Source: Chrysomallon squamiferum (Eukaryota; Animalia; Mollusca). Taken from it: 64,000 bases of DNA. Made by a program: the position numbers and the translations under genes. The notes below the pieces were generated by a model that had not been told where the DNA came from, did no database searches, and was given only the letters and a program-made list of their open reading frames with translations. Location: positions 27,218,001-27,282,000 of the forward strand of contig CM022671.1 of assembly GCA_012295275.1 (NCBI GenBank). The letters are read 5' to 3'. Each line of letters starts with the position of its first letter. The first letter of the stretch is position 1. This document shows, piece by piece, positions 52,170 through 64,000 of the stretch.

Positions 52170-55069
52170 CACACTAATAAAACAAAACAAAATGAAAAAA
52201 CAAACAATTCTAACATAACATGTTTAGCAGTGAACTGAATTTTTACATGTCTGAAGATTGCTTTGAAGGTATTCCATGTTGTCCTACATATAGCCAACTG
52301 CATTGTGATGCAGGATTTTTTTTTTTTTTCAAATTCTTCTTCAGATTCTTCCATTTATTCTAAATATATTTTAAAATGTAAAACAAAATATCATTATAAG
52401 TTATGCCCTAAATAAAGTTTTATTTTCTATGTACCTTTTTTTAAAATTAAATTTGGTTTTAGGTATTTCTTATTTCTTCTTATTATTTTTAAAAAAAATA
52501 TTATTTGAATGTAAAACAATTCAAACACAACTGAAACTAAAGTTCAAATGGTTAAACTAACAAAGGAACCTTAAAAAAAAAATAAAAATAAAAATCTAAA
52601 TTATTTTGAGTCAGACATTACAGACTTCCAAGGACCTGGTATTTCAGCTTATTTTGAACAATATTTATGGCTGTTGTTTTTCCCACAAAGGAGGCAGTGG
52701 TTGGCAGACAGAAAGCTGAATTAATAAGTTTGTTTGTTGTGACACTCATGTGAACAATAAAGACAACTGTGTATAAAACATCCTTGAAGAAGAAAGGTGA
52801 TCTGACTTGATGTGTTTTTTTGTTAATAAGGTTGTTGTATCACCACCAAGCAGTTAATTCAGTCTAATATTGTACTGTCTGTTATGGTTTGTGTTTTGTG
52901 TCAGCTGATCCTTATAAGTTTCTGTTAACATAATTTCCTTGAGCATGTGAAAAAATGTAAAAGAGATGTATTTTGGTAGCACTAGTCATTTATTTATCTG
53001 CTTTGATTTTTATGTAATCAGACACTAACATATTAATCTTATAGTCGAGAAATACAAATCATAGCATAACAAGTTTAGTAGTGAACTGATGTCTCTTCAT
53101 TACTGTATTTCATTTTAGTTTGGTTTATCAACACAAAAATAAATAAATAAATAAATAAATAAATGAAAAATGTGAAATTCAAATACTGTAAGTTATTCTG
53201 TCAAGTGGGAATAACTGAGAATGGGCAACCATTTGATCTGAATGGTAAATTATAATTTATTATTTAATAACCTGGTAGATAATATAATTATATATTATTT
53301 TTTAAACTCAATTCAAATAGGATTTTTGTTTTCATTTCAGAGTTACAGTACCCAGGTTTCCAGATAGGTATATAACTAATCAGTATATTTTAAATTATAT
53401 TTGTTTAAGAGCTATACAAATAGTAGGATAAATTTACATTATTACCCTTTAAACAAACTTAGAGCAGCAGCTAATACAGAAACAGGGATATTTATTACAC
53501 AAAAAACAACAATACACTCAAATACATGTTAAACCCTTAAAACTTTCATTTTGAAAAGGAAAAAAAAAATATATATAAATTAACCCTAATTTACTCTAAT
53601 TAACTTTTTTTAAAAAAAACCCAACAAAACACAAACCTATCTATTTCACAAACCTATTTTAGATAAATACTTTTAACTCTATTTACTTGCATTGAAATGC
53701 ATTACAGACAAACAAATGGAACGGTTCGAAAATTATAACATAATTATCTGCTTCACTGGAACGTTCTATAAAAGCAAATATTTACTTTTAAGAGTGAATA
53801 CTGTCCAACAACAACAATTATAATGCAAAATACAAAATATTAAGTGGATGATGGTATCATGTTCAAGAACTTTTCAAAGTCGCTCAAGCATGCATTTCTA
53901 AGATGAACACACACTGGGAATCCTGGAGGAGATACACCCAGTTTTCTGCTGACAAGAGTTTTTTTTTTATTTTAAATTGATATATATATATATATTGAAA
54001 CTTATGCAATTTTTGGAAGTTAAACACATCACAATGATGGTGTTCACCCCTTTCCAGAAATTCTGATCTGCCCTTGTTACATGTATTTTATTAACATTTA
54101 ACTAGATTTTTTTTTTTTTTTATCCCAGAACATCAAAGTATAGTAAAGAAACACCCAAATGATCAGTGGATTATTTTTAGATATAACTGAAGTCTGAACA
54201 AATAATGTGAAAAAGTACGTATATCCATTCATACTATTTTGAATGAATGAATGAATATTTGTTAAATGACAGATTTTTTTTAACTTATTATTATTATTAT
54301 TGAGTTTAAGTGCATAGATACTGAGCCCAATTAGGTAGGATCTAGTAAATGATTTTTTTTTTTTTTCGCTGAATGTTAGTCTACTTAAACAATATATTTT
54401 CAGCAATGCATTGTTTCCAAGCCATTCAGAAATAAAATTATAGAAATCTCAGTAGGACAGAAATTTAAGTAGGATTTGTGTTACGTAGTGGGATTATTAC
54501 TGCTTTCACTAGGTATCAGATACTGTAGGCCATTTCAGGAAAATTGTCATCATCTATATTTACACATTGCAGACAAACATTAATTTACACCCAAATATAT
54601 CTGTATTACTTATGGAAATTAAACATTCTGATTACCATTGACATTGATTATAAACTTGTCTTTTCTCTTCCCTAAACCATCTATTCAGGATGCAACAACA
54701 AATTAAATATTTTACTAAAAAAATATTATTCTTGTGCTGCTGCAGCTACTGCTGTTACTGCTGGTGAGGATGATGAAGCAAAACAATAGAAATCTTTTGG
54801 GTTTTGGGGGTTTTTTTCAAAAAAAGTAATATGGTAGCTATATTTTAACTACACAATGTTTAGCTTTTTGAACAGAAAGCTGATAAAAAAGATTGCAATA
54901 TTTTAGGAACAGAAATATTAAAGGACACTGATATATATAACTGCAATATTTGGTTTCATTGAAATGAAGGACAGCAATACTGTTGCAAGATTTTAACACA
55001 GAAATGTTTAGATTTCTGAACACAGGTCAGTAATAAGGTTCCAAATGTATTCTAAAAAGTTTGTCTTAC

Positions 55070-55336
55070 CTTCACCCATCTTGGATTGAGTTCTTTGGCT
55101 TTCCTCGCATCATCCACACTCTTCTGACACTGTCCAAGTTTGAGGTAGGCAGCAGAGCGGTTTGTGTAGAGGATGTGGTTCGAAGGGTCGAGTTCGATGG
55201 CTTCCGAGTACAGCTGCACTGCACGCCGGAAGTCACCACTGTTGACAGCTTCATTGCTTTCTCTCACCTTCTGCAGAAATATCGCCTGGTTGCTAGGACT
55301 GGCACGGCTGACACTGGCTTCTGATTGGCTGTTTAC
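55070..55336 (-). CDS. TTC28: Internal coding exon of a TTC28-like tetratricopeptide repeat protein (N-terminal TPR unit), 89 codons, phase 0/0
   Basis: On the minus strand the acceptor is ...tctttgatttgtag| (AG at 55337-55338) and the donor is AAG|GTAAGA (GT at 55068-55069). Translation: VNSQSEASVSRASPSNQAIFLQKVRESNEAVNSGDFRRAVQLYSEAIELDPSNHILYTNRSAAYLKLGQCQKSVDDARKAKELNPRWVK. This matches from memory the TTC28 signature F(L/V)EKVRQSN.AC..GDF..A..LY..A...DP.N.ILYSNRSAA...A..LNPKWPK. GC and CpG content are raised relative to the flanks. The TPR call is secure. TTC28 rather than STIP1 or another TPR protein rests on the FLQKVRESN..GDF motif. Confidence 0.9.
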
Positions 55337-55799
55337 CTACAAATCAAAGATAAAACAAAACATTTTTAAAGAGTTTTGGATTTAAAAGCTGATGCCATTT
55401 ATAATTTTTATTTTTTTATTTTTATAATTTAATGATAATTGTAGAAAGAAGTTGCAATAAAACAAGACAATTCAAATAAATAAGTATGAATATTAAAATG
55501 AGACATGATTTTTGGAAAAAATTACCTAAAAAATAATTTCATTTAAAGAAAATATAAAAATGATTCTGTCGGTTTCCCAAAATGAATAAAATTTCCTAAA
55601 AAATTTTTTTTTTAAAGAAAATATAAAAAATGATTCTCTCTGTGTCAGCCATTCTTGTTGAAGGAAATCCATAATCTTGACATAAACATGAAAACATACA
55701 CTACTACTAATAAACTGAATTTTAGTTTTAACCCATTTAAGAACCATATGGGGATAATGTACAAATATTCCTTTTACATTCAAATAAGAAATATTTTTA

Positions 55800-56909
55800 T
55801 CTTCACAGAAATTTAATATATAGCGTTTTATAAGCAGGACAGTACATATCTTATTGTTTGTTAATAAGAACACAAATGTTATATTTTTTATGTCCAGAGA
55901 TGTATTAATTACCTCCCAATTCTAATAACTGTTGTATTTTGTTGTTTTTGTTGTTGTTGTTACATGGTTATAATAGTTTTTTTCCTATTTAACCATTGTT
56001 CTCTCAACAAAGTCTACCTTTAGTGGCATAAACATACTCACTGATGGTTTTTAACTGTATGTTTATGCATCACTGATGTGTGTGTGCATGCATGTGTGAC
56101 TGCACATCTGTGTGTATGTGTATGCTGATAATCAAAGCACATGCTTGCATGTCTACATATGTGTTGATAAATCTGTAAAATAGTGAACAGAATCTCTCCA
56201 TTAAGATTTGATCTAAACCCTGAAGTGGGTTTCCTGTTTACGTTAATCAGATGATTTTCATTTAAATAATGCTGGGACATACAACCAGTATTAAAATAAA
56301 AATGGATCTTATAAATAAATCACTGTGATTTGTAACTGAACTGGCAATCCTGTGAGTTATGCACCTCGAGAAACAAATTGATAATAATCCTCTAATACCA
56401 GCATTTTTCTGCATTTTCTTTCTTTACCTTTGGGCTCAGGTTGATAACAAATACAGTCATAAAAAAACAAACCTCCTACAACTCACAAGCCATTAATAGT
56501 GAAATTCTAACTGTCTGTGTTATGTAGCCAACAGATTACACAAATTACACATGATCACAAAGGTCTTTTAAAATATCCCCCAGGTCAGTTAATGGAGAAA
56601 TAAAATAAAAGCATGTGTCACTGAAGGTATTTTATTTTATTTTAGAAACATTTATTACCTTCACAGAAATTTTATGTTCACTGTTTTATAAGCAGGACAG
56701 TACATATCTTACTGTTTCGGTTTTGTTAATGATGGGTATGTAATGTTTTTAAATACAGGGGCATATTAGTTATTTCCCAATTCAAATTATTTTTGTTTTG
56801 TCATTAAAATGCTATTATATTTTGTTATTGTTGTTGTTTACATGGTAATGATAGTTTTTTTTGGCATTCTGACCATTCTGAACATAGTGTACCTTTAGTC
56901 CCATAAACA
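55800..56909 (+). repeat. Direct duplication of ~240 bp: ~55800-56033 and ~56659-56909
   Basis: Shared cttcacagaaattt...gttttataagcaggacagtacatatctta...tcccaattc...ttacatggt...atagtttt...tacctttagt..cataaaca. Confidence 0.85.
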
Positions 56910-57768
56910 GTGTAAATACATTTTTTTATACTTTGAAGTGATGTAAGTGTCGATATATACAAATATAATCATCAATCAAACCTTTTAAAAATTCTATACA
57001 AATGTTAACTGAAAATGGTTTAGGATATTTTTACTACCTCACCAATATAAATAGAATTAATAAAGATTGGTGTAACTATGGGTGTGTGTAACATACCTTA
57101 AAGGATTTTATTGTTACACCTGTGTTTATCTGTTCAGTGGACAGTATGATGGGATATGCCATAGTGCACAGGGTAATTACTTTTAGTCATGGTTTGTTCT
57201 AACTATCATGTGTCCTGCTATTATTTATAATGAAGTATTTGTTATGTCAACCATTCCAGGATACAGAAGTGACAACAACAAACAAATCACTATGAAGGAC
57301 TTCACAACAAAATCAAAAATGGCAGCCAAACTGGATTTTTCACTTACAAGAACAAGGCTTTGCTTTTAGACAAAACCGTCAGATAAACTGTACATGAAGA
57401 AGAAAAGATAAATAGCCTTTGTCCATGATAAAGGTCACTTCAGTAGTGACCCTTCTATGGCCTCAATTAGAGAATGACTCTTTTTGTGAGTTCTTTTCTT
57501 TCAAGATATGGCTGAGTGATGAGGTGTTGAAGGGAGTATGACATGTTTTGACAATTAAATGACAACACACTCTTCAGAAGATCACATTTAATACAATTAA
57601 GACATTTCTTTTCAAGGCAATTGTTTGTACAGTCCTCTATAGTGTTTCATGTTTAAATACTGTAAACAAATATTAAATATATGTACACCCATATATTTCA
57701 GGAGATATTATATTTCAGATTACATCCATATATTACATCTATATTACAAACAAATCCCATCACAAACC

Positions 57769-57771
<3 letters not shown>

Positions 57772-57861
<90 letters not shown>
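57772..57861. repeat. (CA)n microsatellite
   Basis: About 45 CA units. Confidence 0.97.
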
Positions 57862-57864
<3 letters not shown>

Positions 57865-58567
57865 CATGCATGCACACATATCTGTACATGTTAGTCATTA
57901 GAGGACATTAAAACTGGATCTATATTTAACATAATAATAAATAAAACTGGCAGATATTCTTCAAAGTAGTACAGGAATATCCTTAATGCTCTACTTATTT
58001 CTTGTTACAGTCAGATAAAATGTGTAATGTAAATCTCCAACATCAATCATAATTAGGCACTGTGGTAATCTGTTGGGAATGTGGTCACTGGGTGACATCA
58101 TCAAGGTGACATTCTAGTAGCAGTCTAAAACTGTAACCTAAGAAACCAGAATTAGACACTTAACAGAGCTGAGCATGGAACCCTAGAATTAGCCTGTAAT
58201 GATTAAAAAAAAATGAAAAGAAACAGGAACATTAACAGCATACTTGAACATTTTAACATTTTTATATATCCATATACTGATTTAATGTCATACACAAGTT
58301 TTTATAAAAACCTACCCATAAACAGTAAGATACAGAAATTATGGAGCAGTGGATGTTTTGGGAAATATCTTAATAGTTCTGTCTGGGGAGGGCACTCTGC
58401 TACTGAGTTGCAGCTTTTTCTCCCTCATTTCACAGGACATAACACAATGCAAGTCTACATCTTTGACATGATAGGAAAATAAATACAGTACAGCCTTATC
58501 AAGCATAATATCTTAATACCAGTCTAAAACTGAAAAATGACAAAAAAATACAATAATAATATTAATA

Positions 58568-58608
<41 letters not shown>

Positions 58609-59270
58609 TAAAATATAATTTTAAAAAAGAAAAAGAAAAAAAGAAAATTTTATTATACCGTCTTTTTGGGGATAATAACAGTTTAAAAAGTTTAAGGTTA
58701 AAAAAACACACCTGATGGCTCACTTTTACATCAGTATGCAAATAATAATAACTGCAGGGTATTCTACTGACAAAGACATCTATGAAGCAGTGCACTGTAA
58801 CAGCATGTGTGCATTGTCAGTGCAGTTTATGGTGCTCAACACATTTAGCTGGTGAAAAAACAAAATAAAAGCATGCAGCTTGTGGAAGATTTATTTAACA
58901 ATTTGTAATGTTGAATAACAGCTTCATGAAAATGTTTGGAGGTTGCAAATCTTCAAATCTTCCTGATCATATACAGAAAACAAAATGAGTAAAAACAAAT
59001 TAAATTAAGATGAAGATAAACTAGGTAGATTTAATTTTATGGTTAAGTCTGTTCCAGTCAAAATGATGAAAAATCATTTGTTTGATATATTAATGATAGT
59101 TGAAAGAGATTTTGATAATACAATAACTGTTAGTAAAAAAAACAAACACAATTTTTTTTTTTTTTTTAGTTTTTTTTATCTTTTCAAGAAGTTCAGTATA
59201 TCACTTTTGTTCAGGTACTGTTCAACAAATATTCTTTTTTTTTTTTTAGTGCATAATACTATTAAGACAA

Positions 59271-59340
59271 ACACACACATAGACACAAACTGGGACATAC
59301 ACACACACAGACACAAACTGGGACATACACACAGACACAG
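59271..59340. repeat. Short tandem repeat (~28 bp) in CA-rich sequence
   Basis: agacacaaactgggacatacacaca occurs twice. Confidence 0.8.
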
Positions 59341-60419
59341 CCAGGCAGTGACATAACCAGTACTTCCAGTGACACAGTACAAATATCACATGTTACAGCC
59401 AGATGACCTAATTCCAAACTGGATTCTTGTCCACTAAGGCAATGAATGCATTGCACTATTTGTACCGTAATTTATTATTTACATGTTAATGTAACTGCAG
59501 TTATGTGAAATCCATATTTGGAAAATACTGTATCGTGCTCTAAATGCTTCAATTAAAATTTTATTTCCATATTCTCTTAATACATGATGAAATATTAGAA
59601 ACAAATTATTTTATATTCATTCACATCAGTGTCTTAAAGAAATAGTCAAAATTATTAAACGTTAAGGAAATTTTATCTAGCAGTGTGACATAACTTTGAC
59701 ATTGTATTCCATTAGTGCAGTTAATTCCAATTTGCAGTGTAACATATATATCTTATTTCACTGCTGTGATGTTATCCTGCTGTGGAATATGTTGAAAAAA
59801 TGTATAGTCATGTGGTATCTTTTGTGTAAGGGTAATTGGCATGCAAAGTGTTGTTAAAACTCAGCTGGAACATTAATATTTTATAGTAATTTGTAGAGCT
59901 TAAACAAATGGCAAATGAAATAAAGAAAAATTTATCACCAAGCATTAAATTTTTATGATTAATGCTTTAAAAAAAAATGAAGAAGAAATTAAAAGTGTAA
60001 TTGTGAAAATATTATAATAATAAAATGATTATGATTTATGATCTTCCCATGTCAATTTTATGTCAAATGAATTAAATTGTTTCTCATCAATCAAAAGCAA
60101 TTACAGGTTTTCATGCATCATGATGTAATGTTACAATGGAAATATGATAAATCAGTGTCATATCTTCTAAATTATACCTTTCACCAACATCTTCCTAATC
60201 AAATATTAAAACACAGATGGATTATCTCAATTATTCAGCAAATATAATAAATAACAATTTAGAAAATATATGAACATTTTTTTTTTTTTTTTTTTTTGCC
60301 TATAAAAATTATCTAGAGTAACACTGAACACCAAAAAAATAAAAATAATAATAAAGTATAAAAAGAAATAATTTTATGACAATATTACTACAGTATATGA
60401 AATCCATATTTGTGTTTTT

Positions 60420-60587
60420 TGTGTGTGTGTGTGTGTGACACAGAGAGAGAAAGTGTGTATTTATGGTTTTGTCAGTGTGTATCTATGTGAGTACTTGAGT
60501 ATATTCTGTGTCTTTATTTTGGTGTATCTGTGCACATCTATACATGTGTATATATGTGTATGTGTGTATGTGTGTGTGTATGTGTGT

Positions 60588-60657
<70 letters not shown>

Positions 60658-60701
60658 TGTGTGTGTGTATATGGTGTGTGTGTGTGTGTGTATGTGTGTG
60701 T

Positions 60702-60748
<47 letters not shown>

Positions 60749-60868
60749 TGTATGTGTATGTGTGTGTGGATGTATCTGTGTGTATTTGTTGTGTACATGT
60801 GTATGTATGTTTGTGTGGTGTTTTGTGTGTGTGTGAGAATGCTGTGTGTGTGTGTGGTGTGTGTGTGT

Positions 60869-60915
<47 letters not shown>
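60420..60915. repeat. Long interrupted (TG)n/(TATG) tract
   Basis: About 0.5 kb of TG-rich sequence. It is the source of the CV/HT ORFs. Confidence 0.95.
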
Positions 60916-61711
60916 ATGTATCTGAGTGTATTTGTTGGATACCTCTGTACATGTCTGTATACAGAGGCTATGTTTTTACGTGGATATGTTTTGTCTGTAT
61001 ATGAGAATGCTGGTGTGTGAGTGTGGATGTGGCTCTCTCTCTCTCTCTCACTCTGTCTCTTTTTTGTCTTAACAATATATAAATCACAAACAGTGTGTTC
61101 TTTGTGTTATCCACATTTTTTAGGTAAACAATTTGTGTACCTGTAGTAAGTCAGAGAAAAAAGATCTCACACCACCGACTTGTAAAACAAAATTTAATAT
61201 CTTTATAAATAATGCATGCTCACTTCTGGGTCATATGCCATTCCTACACCATTTCAACTAGATAACAAAATGTTCTCTACATACTGCATTTTTGTTTTAT
61301 ACATATTTAATTATCTTTAGTGATGTTACTGAAATAATTTATTTGCATTCTGTTTGTTTCAAAGATACATTTTATCATTGTTTTTTTAATATAACATTAT
61401 TGTTATTATTATTATTTTTATTTATTTATATATATTTTCTTTGGTCATCTAATCTGAATTAATTACTTTTACAGTATAACAATAAGAAAGATAAGTTTAA
61501 AAATATTTTGGCACTGCTTTTTTTCTGTAGCTGGTATGTCACTGCATTCAGAGGAGACCAGACTATTCTGTGGTTTGTCCATATTTTTCATTAAACAGTA
61601 CAGAAGTCATCAAACAGGTAGTTGTAGTAACATTTCAGCACACACTATTAATAACAATAGTAACAGCTATAGTGTTCAAATAAATTTAAAACCTCCCAAA
61701 AAACAAGGATA

Positions 61712-61885
61712 TTTAAAACTGCTAGATAAGTATGTGATGACATCATCATTTCAACTGGGAAGAGATAAAAAGACTGTTAAAATAATAATAAAAAAATAAA
61801 AAATACAATGACATGAAAACCTGCTACATAATTTTGTGATGACATCATGATTTTAGCCTGGAAGAGATTAAAGGACTGTTAAAAA
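61712..61885 (+). repeat. Tandem duplication with ~100 bp period
   Basis: ctgcta.ataa.t.tgtgatgacatcat.attt.a.c..ggaagagat.aa.gactgttaaaa occurs twice. Confidence 0.8.
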
Positions 61886-62363
61886 GTTTTTTAATAATAC
61901 TATTTTATAGTCATACTTTGTTACTGCTAATGACAGGTTTCCCAAAATAGTAAAAATAATAAATTGGAAGTTATAATTAAATTTTATTAAATCATGTAAT
62001 TTTAAACTTGTGGATACAGTTTAAACAGTTCTGTTAGCTATATCAAGTTAAGAGATTTTTCTTGTTTTCCCAGCTATATCGTATCTGTATTGTAACAAGA
62101 ACAGAACAACTTTGTAAATGTATGTCTATGACTCATTTAAGTTTAATAGGTAGCAAGTTAAGACTTAATTATCAAAGAAGAAGTTTCATAATAAATGTCT
62201 TCTTCCTTCCATTCTCAATTACTCAAATAGAGCTTGGCTGTGTACAAAAAGGAGAAAAGATATAAGTATTAGTCAGTTACTGTTTTCTGCATGGATTAAT
62301 TACCAACAGTTATATCACTGTCATGTAGCTGATACACAAGTGGTTATATTTTTAACCAAAAAA

Positions 62364-62394
<31 letters not shown>

Positions 62395-63893
62395 TAATAA
62401 CAAATAAATAATATATAGCAGAGTATTGTATTTTTTTTATCACAATCCAGCATTATACTGTTGTAAAATGTCTTTATATAACATATTTGTTGTATTGTGG
62501 AAAACAAAAATGGATGTTTTAAATTTCAGCCATTTTTCCTGGGGCACTTAGGGTATGCAGTACATGGAGCTCTGAGTTTAAAAAATATTGGGGACAATAT
62601 TAAATTTACTCTGAAAAAGGCATCAGTTTTCAGTAAAATAGTAAATATCCAATATTATTTAAAGTAATTCATGTTGACAATAGCAACATAACAAGTGTAG
62701 CAAAAACAAACTGCATTCATGAAAAATCAACTACACACAAATAGGAAATATTCATGCATGAATGTCATGGTCATTTCATCTTCTGAATGGTTCACTGTTT
62801 AAGAGAAACATTCAGTAAATAATAAATAATAGATTTATTAAGGAACAAAGTATTATATTTTTTGTAAGCACACATATAGTTTTATTCCTTTTCTATTTTA
62901 TTATTATTATTTACTCTTTTTAATGGTTTCAAAGTTTGCAAAGGAAGAGAAAAAAGAAAATTAATTACATTTATCTTTGTCTTTTTCTGTTAAAACTGTA
63001 CAATATCTGAAGAACTCAGTTATGAAAAAAGGTCTGAGATCCATTTTGCCAAAATTGCATTTGATGCTCAGACAGAAAGTGATTAACCATTGAAACATGT
63101 TGAGAAACTTAATTTTGAAATAAAATTGTTAATCACTGTATGTTGTCTCATTAATAATAAAATATATGTCATCATGTCAGTAAACAAAATAATAACCCTC
63201 ACTAACATTTTGGCCCTGGGCATAAATGCATCAGTTACTGTATTTCATACATTAATAAATATTTTATGTAATGCATATATTACCTGTCTGCTTGGTTTTG
63301 ACAACCTATCAATATTCTGAGGATATGGTTTACTGATTGATACACAGTATTCCAACATACAAGATTTTGATAGAAGTCAAATATAAAGCCTTTAAAATTA
63401 TCCTCTCTGTTCATAATAAATAAATAATAAACATAAAAAAAAATGTAAACTAATTATTAGAAAAAAACAAAAACACGATAAAATGGACCAAAAATAAAAA
63501 AATAAATAAAAATAAATAAATAAATAATAAAGAATAAAAATAAATTGATTAAAAAAAAGAATGACAAAGGAAAAATTTTAAATGGAAATATTATTTCTAA
63601 TATTTTGCATTGTATTTGTTTAAATTTATTGCATGTCAGAAATAAAGTTCTGTTCTTTATGTGACCCAGTTTTAATGAAAATATCTGTGCAAATTCAACT
63701 CTGTCTGAGTGTTTTATGAGCATTTTATTCACTCCACACCTACATTTGATTTAATTTTCTTCATTCTCCTGTCTTTTCCATGCACTGACTGACAACATTA
63801 ATATTAAAATATATTGTAATGTTGTTAAAAAAAATCAGTTTGAAACAAAGGAGGAGGGATTTACTATAGAAGTGTATTCATGTCTACCACACA

Positions 63894-63928
<35 letters not shown>

Positions 63929-64000
63929 TATAAAACTAAACATATATACATTTAAATGTACATATTTAAAGACACACACACACACAGAAAACAGACATTT

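Larger units (their letters stand above)
1..55069 (-). other. Very large intron (>55 kb) downstream of the TTC28-like TPR exon
   Basis: GT donor at 55068-55069. I saw no sequence encoding the expected continuation (AY(F/Y)RQG.AL..LG...) on the minus strand by eye, though a short exon could have been missed. Confidence 0.7.

Noticed and set aside
55061-55385. Plus-strand and alternative-frame ORFs overlapping the TPR exon
   Set aside because: Shadow ORFs of the real minus-strand exon. The track's start at 55267 is an internal GTG, and the exon really extends to the acceptor at 55336.
57343-57420. GTAAGT donor on the minus strand as a possible TTC28 exon 1
   Set aside because: The exonic context is poor (CTT|GT) and there is an in-frame stop between the nearest ATG and the donor.
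58780-58832. Imperfect hairpin containing GTGCATTGT (miR-33-like start)
   Set aside because: The stem is short and irregular, similarity fades after 9 nt, the motif is on the 3' arm, and miR-33 is normally in an SREBP intron.
60423-61020. Long ORFs (119-163 aa) rich in CV or HT
   Set aside because: These are translations of (TG)n/(CA)n microsatellite. The same applies to the ORFs at 41, 8819, 40365, 44814, 51926 and 57649.
41722-63926. Long poly-A runs (41722, 49817, 63899) as retroposon tails
   Set aside because: No adjacent recognisable retrocopy or TSD, and A/T homopolymers are ubiquitous in this window.

Overview
AT-rich, CpG-depleted, microsatellite-rich animal genomic DNA. The SINE-like relics resemble repeats I recall from gastropod genomes, so the taxon is an inference. 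There are no prokaryotic features (no operons, rRNA or CRISPR). The only convincing host coding sequence is one 267-nt, phase 0/0 exon on the minus strand (55070-55336) encoding the N-terminal TPR unit of a TTC28-like protein. I did not find the next TTC28 exon downstream, so bases 1-55069 most likely belong to a single intron of more than 55 kb. That intron holds a 2.37-kb internally deleted DNA transposon (GGG..CCC ends, TTTA duplication, split TIRs, decayed Sola2-like transposase N-terminus), old tRNA-derived SINE fragments, a ~0.3-0.4 kb fold-back element, several minisatellites (one built from palindromic units) and many local duplications. It also has about a dozen short CpG-retaining islands that look like regulatory modules. 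The best novelty candidates are a phase-0 ATG mini-exon with a perfect donor at 16189-16236 (possible alternative first exon), a textbook 3' splice site opening an in-frame terminal ORF at 12066, and a homotypic TAATCC cluster. Nearly all ORFs in the supplied track are microsatellite or AT-bias artefacts. I did not find a demonstrable new multi-gene system.
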